Origin: Camelus ferus
Taxonomy: Eukaryota
Direction: 5' to 3'
NCBI RefSeq assembly: GCF_009834535.1
Contig: NC_045697.1
Span: 64,916,001-64,980,000 of the forward strand
Length of the DNA stretch: 64,000 nt
Below are positions 41,600 through 51,970 of the stretch, piece after piece (the first letter of the stretch is position 1; each line of letters begins with the position of its first letter). The position numbers were made by a program, and so were the translations under genes. The notes under the pieces are model-generated. The model did not search any database. It was not told the DNA's origin and worked only from the letters and a program-made list of their open reading frames with translations.

Positions 41600-42250
41600 T
41601 ATCTGCATGGTTCAGTTTCAGAGAATGGAATCCATTTAACTAGTTTAAATAAAAAAGGGATTTTGGACAGGTTATTAAATGCCTTGGTAGGGTTGAAGAA
41701 ACATATTCTAGATTGAACTGTCAAAAATGAATAACAAAACCACCCCCACTGAACTGAGCAACCCAAGGTAGCTAATGACTTTTGATGAGAAGCCACTGGC
41801 TTGAGAATGACTCCACAGGACCATGGTCCTCATACATCCACTGTCAGGGAGCTACTATAGTCAAAAAGCCACTAAATTTACTGTTGCTAGATTCAGAACT
41901 GTATGAGAAAATTCATAAGTTACCAGACTTCAGTCTGCCATGTCTAGCCCCTCCTTACCTACAAAAATGATGATGGGACACTGGAAACTCAGTTAATGTT
42001 GAAGAAAAAAATAGATGACCTTCATGACCATGTTTGCCAGTAAAATAAAAAACAGCTTCTGCCTCACTTTTTCATTCCAAACCTTCTTAAATTCTGTCTG
42101 ATTGGGAGAATATAACTGACATCTAAAACCCTAGCAACAAGGGAATTTAGCAAATGAATGCTTTCCTTTCTCATTCTGTACTATATAGAAAGACATACAG
42201 AAAGGAGAAATGAATGTTGGATTCAGTCAGTGTCGACCAACACTAACTGT
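41600..42250 (-). mobile_element. Old ERVL/MaLR-type LTR (family uncertain)
   Basis: LTR-like termini (GGTTCAGTTTCAGAGAATGGAATCCA; CCCTAGCAACAAGGGAATTTAGCAAATG); diverged. Confidence 0.5.
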
Positions 42251-42671
42251 AAGTCTCATTGTCATTCATATGTAGCACTGTTTCTTATTCTACTTTCTCA
42301 CCTTTCTGTCTACCTCTCTGTCCTTGGTTTCCTGTTCCCTCCTCTTTTTCTGTTTTCTTTTTTTTTCTTAACATTTTTTTTCTTAAGTAATAGTCATTTT
42401 ACAATGTTGTCAAATTCTAGTGTAGAGCACAGTTTTCCAGTTATACACGAACATACATATATTCATTGTCACATTTTTTTTCACTATGGGCTACCACAAG
42501 ATCTTGTATATATTTCCCTGTGCTATACAGTATAATCTTGTTTATCTATTCTGCATTTTAAAATCCCAGTCTGCCCCTTCCCACCCCCCACTCTCTTGGC
42601 AACCACAAGTTTGTATTCTATGTCTATGAGTCTGTTTCTGTTTTGTATTTATGTTTTGTTTTGTTTTGATT

Positions 42672-43041
42672 TTAGATTCCTCATATGAGCGATCTCATAT
42701 GGTATTTTTCTTTCTCTTTCTGGCTTACTACACCTACAATTACATTCTCTAGGAACATCCATGTTCCTGCAAATGGCGTTATGTTGTCGTTTTTATGGCT
42801 GAATAGTATTCCATCGTATAAATATACCACAATTTCTTTACACAGTCATCTGTTGATGGACATTTAAGCTGTTTCCATGTCTTGGCTATTGTAAATAGTG
42901 CTGCTATGAACATTGTGGTGCAGGTGTCATTTTGAAGTAGGGTTCCTTCTGGATTTATGCCCAGGAGCAGGATTCCTGGGTTACATGGTAAGTCTATTCC
43001 TAGTCTTTTGAGGAATCTCCATACTGTTTTCCACAATGGCT
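42672..43041 (-). pseudogene. Remnant of L1 ORF2 C-terminus (about 120 codons, frameshifted)
   Basis: [16 protein letters not shown]...[15 protein letters not shown]; aligns to 35460-35819 of the neighbouring L1. Confidence 0.93.
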
Positions 43042-43182
43042 TTCCTTGCTTCCCTCTCCCACTCTTAATGATTTAGATGTTTTCTTTTACAATTTTGTGT
43101 TTATTCTTTTTGTAATTCATGGCCGTTATCTCCTTTCCAGTTACGGGTTTCTCATTTTTGTAGCATCCCGCTTCTTTTCTAT

Positions 43183-44082
43183 TTAGAGTAGACCTGTCAG
43201 TATTTCTTTTAGCATGGGTTTAGTATTGCTAAACTCTTTTAGTTTTTGCTTGTCTGTGAAGTTCTTTCTCTCTCCTTCTATTCTAAAGGATAGCCTTGCT
43301 GGATAGAGTATCCTAGGCTGCATCTTTTTTTCACTCAGGACTTTGAATGTATCTTGCCACTCCCTTCTGGCCTGTAGTGTTTGTGTAGAGAAATCAGCTG
43401 AGAGCCTTATGGGGGTTCCCTTGTAACTCACTCTTTGATTTTCTCTTGCTGCCTTTAGGATCATTTCTTTATCCTTGACTCTGACCATCTTGATTATAAT
43501 ATGTCTTGGTGTGGGTCTGTTTGGGGTCTTCCTGTTTGGGACCCTCTGAGCCTCCTGTACTTGGATATCTGATTCCTTTAGGTTTGGGAAGTTTTCAGTC
43601 ATGATTTCTTCAAATACCTTTTCAATTCCCTTTGTTCTGTCTTCCCCTTCTGGAACCCCTATTATGCGTAGATTGGCACGCTTTATATTATCCCATAGGT
43701 CCCTTATATTGTTTTCATTGTTTTTTATTTGTTTTTCTCTCAGCTGTTCTGATTGGGTGCTTTCTGTTGTCCTGTCTTCTAGGTCACTTAGTCGTTCCTC
43801 TGCATTATCTAGCCTGCTTTGTAGAGCCTTTAGGTCAGCTCTCATCTCAGCAAATGAGTTTACTAATTCTCCTTGGTTCTTCTTTATAGCTTCTATTTCA
43901 TTTTTGATATATGTTATATCTCTAAGCACTGTTTCTTTTAGTTCCTTCAGTACTTTGATCACTCCTTTTTTGAAATCTTGATCTAGTAGGCCATCGATGT
44001 CTATTTCCTTGATTGTGCTTTCAGGGGATTTTTCTTGATCTTTTAATTGGGAGTGGTTCCTCGGCTTCTTCATATTGCTCAT
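43183..44082 (-). CDS. L1 ORF1p (RNA-binding chaperone), 299 aa, uninterrupted
   Basis: ATG to TAA; coiled coil (RLDNAEERLSDLED), RRM (NLRIIGVPEGE, TPRHIIIK), CTD (IRLSADFS, ARREW, YPARLSF). Confidence 0.93.
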   Translation of the reverse strand: MSNMKKPRNHSQLKDQEKSPESTIKEIDIDGLLDQDFKKGVIKVLKELKETVLRDITYIKNEIEAIKKNQGELVNSFAEMRADLKALQSRLDNAEERLSDLEDRTTESTQSEQLREKQIKNNENNIRDLWDNIKRANLRIIGVPEGEDRTKGIEKVFEEIMTENFPNLKESDIQVQEAQRVPNRKTPNRPTPRHIIIKMVRVKDKEMILKAARENQRVSYKGTPIRLSADFSTQTLQARREWQDTFKVLSEKKMQPRILYPARLSFRIEGERKNFTDKQKLKEFSNTKPMLKEILTGLL

Positions 44083-45416
44083 ATCTCTCTGGCACTGTGG
44101 CTTAAGGAGTATCAGTTATCTAGTTCTCCTGGAGACGGTATGCTCTTAATGATTTTATTGAGAGTTCTTTGTGTCTTCGCCCTGTTTCGCGAACTCAGCT
44201 TGCTGTTTCCAGAGGCTCTCTGTTGGCGCCCTCTTCTGTGCTGCTCCCAGTGGCTGTCAGCTAGCAGATCGCACCCCCTCCCAGCACTGCGTCAGGTACT
44301 GAGCTCTTATCCGGTGGGCGGGTGGGTCACTCCTCCTCCTGATGCCTCAGTCAGATGCTGTGCTCAGGGGAGGCAGGTGGGCAGATCACGCCCCTTTCCA
44401 GCACCATGGTCAGGTGCTGCATTCCTGCCAGGAAAGCAGGTTGCCGCCTGCCCTTTCCTGGTGCCGGTCGCTCCACTGCTCTATGCAGCTGCCCACTCCG
44501 CCTCAGGTCAGTGCTCCAAAGGTGAGCTCGGGGAAGACCGCAGAATGGCCCCGCCTCTGCTCTGTGCCAAATCTCAGCTCCTTGTTTGTCTTGGCAGCGC
44601 GAGTTCTCTGAGGTGCCAGGGAAGAAAAATCCTATCTGCCTCCAGGTGTAAACAAGTCTCAGTCCTACATAGGCGGTTGCAGAGCCCCTGGGTGTGGATT
44701 CAGGTTTCGGCCCCACCGCTGTCTGCGCGCTGTGCACAGGAGAATATGGTGGCTGTGGCTGAGTCCCGCCTGTCTTCTTGTGAGAAGTGCCAGTAATGGC
44801 AGCTCAGGTCTGAGGAGACAGAGTCTATGGTGCCCCTCCCCCCAGGGCACACCAGCTGTATTGCTTGCTTTTTTCCCGCAATTTATGGGAGACCGAGGTG
44901 GTTCTGCTCCATACCCCCTCCCATCCATGGTGCGCAGCACCCTGCAGTCCCCTGGGGCTGCCTCAGTGCAGCCGCTCGAGTCCTCCGCCCAGCTCGGGCC
45001 ACCTGCCCCAGCCCCAGCTGTCATCTTGCGTCTCGGGCTGGGTGTCATGGGGACCCTTTGTGCCCGTTTAACTCAGTTCTGTCAGTCAAGGGGTGCTCAG
45101 GGCAGATCTGAGCCTCAGAGGTTCTCCTTCTGTCCCACTGGCCTCTCCGTTGGAGAGGGGAAACCCAGTGAATGAGCGCCAGTCCTCCTTTGCCACTCCC
45201 TCCCCGTGGGATCAGTCCCGCACTGTTTTGCCTTTTCTTTTTTCTCTTTTCCTACACGATTTTTGGAATCTTTGTCTTTCAAAGAGGGCGATGTTCTGTT
45301 GGAGTTCGGCAGGTGCTCTGGTTGGCTGAGTGGGTCCATAGATGTGAGTATGGTGTATTTGTGGGAGAGGGTGAGCTACAAGCGTCCTTCTACTCTGCCA
45401 TTTTGCTTCTCCCCCC
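44083..45416 (-). promoter_or_regulatory. L1 5'UTR internal promoter, GC/CpG-rich, YY1-like site at start
   Basis: Only CpG-rich stretch in the window; AAAATGGC motif about 12 nt from the 5' end. Promoter activity is inferred from L1 biology. Confidence 0.75.
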
Positions 45417-46989
45417 TCCCTCCTCATTTTCTTCGTGCAGTCAGTGCAACTTGAGTCAACAGTGAGAATTACATCTTCACCTATATAAAGGGAGTTTATA
45501 CAACAAAGAGGGAGAAGCAGTGAAATGCTTTATCTAACTGGCACATGGCAGGTGAACTAAGAGTGTTACATGAAAGTATAACATGCTTTATCTTAGTCAC
45601 AATATTGGATTTTTTCATAAACAATATTCTTTTCCAAAACTCTATGTCATAGATATTACTGTCCTTTTACTAAGAATAAAACTGAGGCACTTTGAAAAAT
45701 TATTTATCAAAGATTATGCATCTTGTAAGTTTGGGACCCATGGTCTCTTCATAATACTGTGTCGTCAAAGATTGCCTGCAGTTTGAAGCAAACTGAACTC
45801 CACTTTCCCACGTTTCATCTGGAAAATAAAAGTAAAGAGTTTAAATTATAGCACAGTGTGCAAAAGCCCATATTACTGTTTCTGTCATGGGACCTGTTTT
45901 ATGGTGAGCAGCGTTGTCTCACTGACGCAGACACATCAATTCCTACCTTATTAAAAGGTGATGCTACATTCCCTGAACCTCAGCATCCACTGCAGATGTT
46001 GCCTTAGTCTCCGAGGCTTCATATTGTTGGTTAATTTACATTCTCTGACAAGTCATACCAGAAAAATCGCCTGCTGATTAGTTCAGCACAAAGAGAGTTT
46101 ACATGATCTGCAAGCAGAGTATTCCTTTACTTTTGTTCATTTGTATCACCTTTACTTCTTAAATATCCATTCTATGCAATAAAAGTCTAATCAAATGAAA
46201 TGACTGCCAGGACAATCTGTAATATTATTAATCCATTTCCATATGTTTCTGACACCAATAAGTATGGGGATTGAACTGTGGATATTTAATAGCTTTGTAA
46301 TTCCCTTTGAAATGCCATTCTGGGGTCAGCTGAAGGAAAAACATAGCAGAAGTATCTTTTGAAACATCAAATCCATTTTCACTAATTATATTATAGTTCC
46401 CTAGGTTTCTAAGATTTAGAAATCATCTAACAAACATATTTATGTTTTCACTTTATTGTGTTTTAGTTATGTACCCTGTGCTCATAATGTAGTAACTGTA
46501 TCATAAATATTATTACAGAAATATAACATAAATAAGCATCTCTTGAAACCAGCATGAACTTTGGTGAGATTTAAGCATTTTAAGATACTTATCTTTGCTA
46601 ATTAAATGTAAAATATAGTATAAAAATCTTTCCATTCTCTTTTAAAGCTCATATTTATACCTACAACTGAATAAATCACTAATAATAAAACATAAGTAAT
46701 GTGCTTTCAAGTGATATTATGTAAATTAAGATTAGTTAACATCATGATTTTTAATCATTTCCCATTAATTCAAATGAAAAAGTTACAAGATCCTCATTAT
46801 TTTAATTTTTATGTAATCTGTCTATTTAAAAGAGGTCACAGTATCATTTTCCATTTAGCAATCACTGAGAAATAAGAAAATAAATCCAATTTTGGAGGGT
46901 AAAATTTAAGGTATAATTTAGAGCTTTGTCATAATTTTACTACATATGTGCCACTCAAATGCTGCTAAGCAAATCATCTTGTCTTAGTT

Positions 46990-47500
46990 ACATATGTGGT
47001 TGCACAGGCATTTAGTTTTTAAAAATTGTATGTGTCCTGCTACATTGAACAAGAAAGTCATGATCCCTGATCTGTTTGAATTTATAAGCAATCAGTGGAG
47101 AGCTATACTAAAAATAATTGATGTAACTATTAATTTTAATTGTGTTAAGTGCTATGAAGAGGCAATATAAAGGCTATAAGAACATATAACCTAGCTCAGC
47201 CAAGGCAGAGGTAGAAGTAGTCACATAAAGTCTCTGTTTAAGCTCTCACAATATAATAAGCAGGAGTTATCCAAGATAACTGTGGGTGGGGGCAGGAAGG
47301 AGGTAGAAATGGAGTAGGATGTGGAAGAACATTCAACAGGGAAGCAGAATGGCTGAGGCTCCACATAATATCAGCCACCCAAAGCCCTGGGAGAGGAGAC
47401 TGGCAGGATCTAGATCATATATAAACTTGCACGATATATTGAGGATTTTGAAGAAACTTATCAGTGCACCATTCCATAGTCCTTTATTGGGCGTGCTTTA
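46990..47500 (-). mobile_element. L2 fragment
   Basis: GTTAAGTGCTATGAAG and GGAAGAACATTCAACAGGGAAGCAG L2-like motifs. Confidence 0.55.
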
Positions 47501-47962
47501 TTTATAGAGAGCGGTGGTATCATTGATAGAGGATACTGCTGTGGTACCCCTTATTTGTAACATTCACTGACAATGAAATTATTCCATATACAAAATAGGA
47601 ATGAAAAGAATGCATTATTTCTCAGGGTATGCACATTCCCTCCAAAATTTTTCACTATACTCTAGTCATGTTTGGTCTTGTCAGAAATTCTTCTTTGAAA
47701 ATATCAATAAGTGAGTTCCTAATCTGCCTGTTACTTAGAGGTAAGCAATGGTTATTTCATGTTCATTCTAGTTTGTGTGAAGATTGAGTTTGGGAAGATC
47801 AATCTTGCCTGGAAGGCTATGGAGAATTTTTTTTCTAAATCCCTCCAAGATCAGTATTATCCCACTCTACATCACTTTTTGGTAAACTCTGAGTTATCAT
47901 TACAGTCAGAATTATTGTACTCTTTTCTTCAAATTACTGAGAATATTTAGAAATTCCCACTG

Positions 47963-48085
47963 CAGTGGTTCTCAAAGTTCAGTGTGAATGCTGATTCATA
48001 TCTAGGGTAAAGCTCAGGAATCTGTGTTTTTAGGAATACCTTCAGGTGATTGTTTTGCAAGCGATTCATAAATTTTGCACTCTGA
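47963..48085. mobile_element. MER5A-like hAT-Charlie DNA transposon relic
   Basis: CAGTGGTTCTCAAAGT terminus and CAGGAATCTGTGTTTTTA...CAGGTGATT core. Confidence 0.7.
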
Positions 48086-49759
48086 TCATTTCCTTAGAAG
48101 CAGAAGGTTTGGTCAAAAAAAAAAAATCCTCAGAATTCAGAAAAACTCCCAAGTTTGTGCAAATAAGTTGAGCCTCAGATTAATAATTTCTAAATCTGTG
48201 TGTCTGCTTTTCCAGAGGAGGTCTGTGTCTAAAAGCAGACGTCTTGATGTCGCCAACTAAAAATGCAAGTTCCCACAGTTCATCCTAGTTGTAACTAAAA
48301 ATTTCTCCCACCCCTCTTTTTGTCCTTCAGAAATACTTGAGCCTTTGTAAGTATATGTGGGCCCAGGGTACTGCCACGTGACTCTTGTTTCTACAACCCA
48401 AAGTTAGCAAAATACTTAGACTACCTGGCAGTGTTCTGGTAACTTTCATTCTTTTCTGAAACTTCCACTTTTTTTCACATTAAAATCTTGCACCAGCAAA
48501 GGGATTTTGTTTAATTGTGAGATTAATCACTGGCCTCAACACATGGTGTCCTCTGTCAGAACTGTCAGCCTCCACACTTTTCATTTCTCTGTCCAGATCC
48601 AGAAAATGATTGATGTTCACTACAAAAACAAAATTTCTATTTTAAAGCTACTACTGTCATTACGCATAAAGGATGTTTGTTAATGTATGCACTATGTTAA
48701 ATAAATGAGTAACTGCAGGTAAATTGTCACACTGATGATAATTTAGAAAATTAATCTCTGACATGTTGTAGGAATGTCATATAATCCTGTAAAATTAAGA
48801 GATATGTTTTTATAACCTCAGATTAAAGTTATTTTTCCTTTTAGATTGACTGAGGGAAAAAAACTCGTGTATGTGTGTATGTGTGTTTAATATTAAAGAT
48901 TAGCTTTCAAAATGTGTTTTAAAAGTACTATGTGTGATGTAAGTAGACTTCTTTATAAAGTATATAACTTTGGAATACTGAGTTCTCTTATTTTTAGAAG
49001 ATATTGGTATGCTGATACAGTAAGATTAATCACTATCTGTTTTACATAAAAACATGAGCTCTAGAGTTATGGTGCTATATATAGTGATTTTGCTCACTAT
49101 TAGTCAAAGAATCTCTAGTAGTTATTTTCTTTAAATACGTGAGTTAAAGAATTAGTGTGGAATGCGCCTCCCCCATGTACACCACCTTCCCATCACACCC
49201 ACATAGGTAGTGGGTAGGTGTGAATGTCTCTATACCTGTGTGTCCTAGAAGAATATTGAGTTATTCAGTTGCATATTAAAATTGTGTGTCAACTAAAATT
49301 TTTTTCATTGTTATATTTAATTTTTATAAGATCTGCTAAAAACTACCTAGAGAGAAAATGTGCCAGCAGGAAATGTTAACCCATCATGTTGAAATATTGC
49401 CTCATCCTTCCATGAGAATTGTTCTTTGTACTTTTATAGAAAGATAATAAATAGAAAGAGGCTCTGCTACCTTCATGTGGGGAAAAAAACAAAACTTCAA
49501 GATATTAAAATGAATAATGAGTTGCACCCTAGGAGTGTGTAAATGATGGTAGAATACCAGTATTTTCCTGAAAAGAACTGAAACAATTTTTTTAGGGCCT
49601 GTGGAATTTAATTATGAAAGACATCAAGAAAAAAAAATGTGAGGTGATCTCAAATTCTGAGTGGAAAATTATATATGAAACAATTTCATCAACTAATTAA
49701 AATGTTTATAACATGTGAAAGTTTGGCTTTATCCATTAACCTAGATAATTGAATAGAGT

Positions 49760-49915
49760 GTTCAGTGTGGAATTGAGTTCACCAGCCACCGAAGTGTTTA
49801 CATAAAGACTAGATAAGTTCCTACCAGAGATACTGGAAAAGATCCCTGCATTGCATGGGAGATTCTTGTAAATTGTGTTGAAATTTTTTTCAATTCTGAG
49901 GTTCTGTGATTCTAA
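49760..49915 (+). mobile_element. CR1/L3 or MIR3 3' tail
   Basis: GAAGTGTTTACATAAAGACTAGAT and terminal TTCTGAGGTTCTGTGATTCTA. Confidence 0.5.
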
Positions 49916-50214
49916 GAATTTATCAGGTTTCCCAGTAGTGTGTTGACTTCATTTTCTTTAGTTACCTGTTTGACCTACATATTTAAAAAAAATTCTAAGT
50001 ACCTATTTTTTTCCTTCTTTTCTATCTCTGTTGCCTAAGTTTAGATACTCAATATATTTTCTTTTTTACTAGTGTGAGAGCCTTAAATCAGTCATCCTGT
50101 CTCCAGATTTTTTTTCATTCAAGTCCAAATCTGTTTAAAATTTGTCAGTGTCTCCCCATATTTGAAGAGGGAAATACTACATCATTAACTGCATTGCTCT
50201 GTAAAGGGGGCTTT

Positions 50215-50390
50215 AGGAACTGATGTATGACCTCCAAAATTCATATGTTGAAGCTCCAAGCCCTACTGTGACCATATTTGGAGATAAGGCCTTTTAAAAG
50301 GGGTAATTAAGGTTAAATGAGGTCATATGGGTGGGATTCTTATCCAGTAGGACTGGTGTCTTTATTAGAAGAGGAAGAGAAACCAGGGAT
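50215..50390 (+). mobile_element. MLT1A/B LTR 5' half
   Basis: CCAAAATTCATATGTTGAAG, TTTGGAGATAAGGCCTTT, TAATTAAGGTTAAATGAGGTCAT, GACTGGTGTC. Confidence 0.85.
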
Positions 50391-50755
50391 GAGTATTTTT
50401 TAGTAGTATGTTTCCATGAATTTTTGAACCTTGTATTCTTCATATCTCCCAAAGGAATTTGTGTGATATAACCTAGTATTTTCGTAACTCTCCTGAGCCT
50501 AATTATTATTTTACCCCATTGTTAAAAACTGAGATACCTAGTCTATATCATTAACCTTCTAATTGAGTAAATGCAAGGGGCATATGACTGTGTATTTTTA
50601 ATGAGGATTTTAGAAGATTGCAACAACTGGCAAGTTTGATAAAAAAGTTGTTTTTTTTTTTCAGTGCTAACATACTAAATGCCTTGTGTGCCTGAGGTAT
50701 CTAATAGATTACTTATGTAAGTAAATGCAGCATCTGACAAATTTGACAGTCATAA

Positions 50756-50866
50756 TTTTTTTTTTTTGCTGTTTTATTTTATTTTTTTAATAGAGGTATT
50801 GGGGATTGAACCTAGGAACTTGTGCATGCTAAGCAGTTACTCTACAACTGAGTTATACCCTCCCCC
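50756..50866 (-). mobile_element. tRNA-Ala-derived SINE (camelid Vic-1-like)
   Basis: Minus strand GGGGGAGGGTATAACTCAGTTGTAGAG (A box)...CTTAGCATGCAC...GGTTCAATCCCC (B box) + A-rich tail; 111 bp. Confidence 0.88.
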
Positions 50867-51084
50867 AAGTTCAAGATTTGCAGATACCAACTACTATGTA
50901 TAACATAGATATACAAGTTTCTTCTGTATAGCACAGGGAACTATATTCAATATCTTGTAGTAACCTATAATGAAAAAATACGAAAACGAATATATGTATG
51001 TATATGTATGAGTGAAACATTACGCTATACATCAGAAATTGACACAACATTGTAAACTGACTATACATCAGTTTAAAAAAAAAA
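50867..51084 (+). mobile_element. L1 3'UTR end with poly(A)
   Basis: TATAGCACAGGGAACTATATTCAATATCTTGTAG and GACACAACATTGTAAA, shared with the other L1 3' ends in the window; A10 tail. Confidence 0.9.
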
Positions 51085-51809
51085 GTACGCTGGGAAAATA
51101 AAGAATGAATATGGACTTATTTTAGATAAGTAACACTGGCAAAGCTTATTCCCATACAGGGCCTGTTAAACCTTCTGTTCAAGGTAGTGAATATTCTGTG
51201 TATGTTTCTCATCCCACAGTTGGGCTGTTCTTGCATGATAATAGAAAGCTAAAGGGATTAAGACTTCTTTTTATGCCTTCTGATCATGTATTATTGTGTG
51301 TCTACTCATCCAGATATTTCATTAAACATTATTCTTTTCTGAGGGCATTGGCAAATGACTAGTATACTTATTTGTAAGGACTTTTTTTATGCCTAAACAA
51401 CAGAAACAAAAATCTTTTACCATGACTATTATACTAATCTAGTAATTTATACATTCTCAGATAAATAGGTAGAGACAATTAACTGAAGTTTCCAAGTATT
51501 ACCTATTTGAAATCAATATTGATATAACTTTATACAGTTATTTCTCATGCTATTTAAATTTAATTATTTTAAATTTCAAAGATTAAAATCCTCAAAGTGA
51601 TTGAAATTCACATTAAAATTTTCAGTACATTATAAAACAAATTAGATAGTTGTAAGTTTTTACTGTTTCATGATTTTCTAAATACACAACTATCTACATT
51701 CTTAGTTTTTAGAATATTGTAAGCCAAGTTTTCATGTATATTTCACTGTTTACTATTTGGCTCTTGTTCTTCAAACATAACTTCTACATTTTACAAGAGA
51801 ATATTAGGA

Positions 51810-51970
51810 AGGAGCCTTTGAGGTATAGGATATGTTCTATATGTTGATCTGAGTGCTTTTTACATATTTTTCACATTACAGTTTCATATATGCTACAAGG
51901 GCATATGTAAAATTAAAGGAGCTATTTACTTAAGATATGTACATTTTATAGTTGTGTATCTCAGTAAAAT
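51810..51970 (+). mobile_element. Old L1ME/L1MC-type 3' end fragment
   Basis: ATGTTCTATATGTTGATCTG...TACTTAAGATATGTACATTTTA motifs. Confidence 0.6.

Larger units (their letters stand above)
42352..45416 (-). mobile_element. ORF2-less L1 (HAL1-like or spliced L1): full 5'UTR, intact ORF1, ORF2 tail, 3'UTR, poly(A)
   Basis: Starts GGGGGGAGAAGCAAAATGGCAGAG; TSD TCCCTCCTC(T/A)TTTTCT at 42336-42351 and 45417-45432 (16 bp, 1 mismatch); the spacer joins directly to [11 protein letters not shown] of ORF2 at 43040-43041. Confidence 0.95.

Noticed and set aside
44047..45465. Many overlapping ORFs (up to 249 aa) in the L1 5'UTR, possible ORF0 analogue
   Set aside because: Expected from stop-poor GC-rich sequence. 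The longest starts at TTG and none resembles a known protein.
50790..50866. tRNA-Ala gene
   Set aside because: Mutated arms plus an A-rich tail indicate a SINE, not a functional tRNA.
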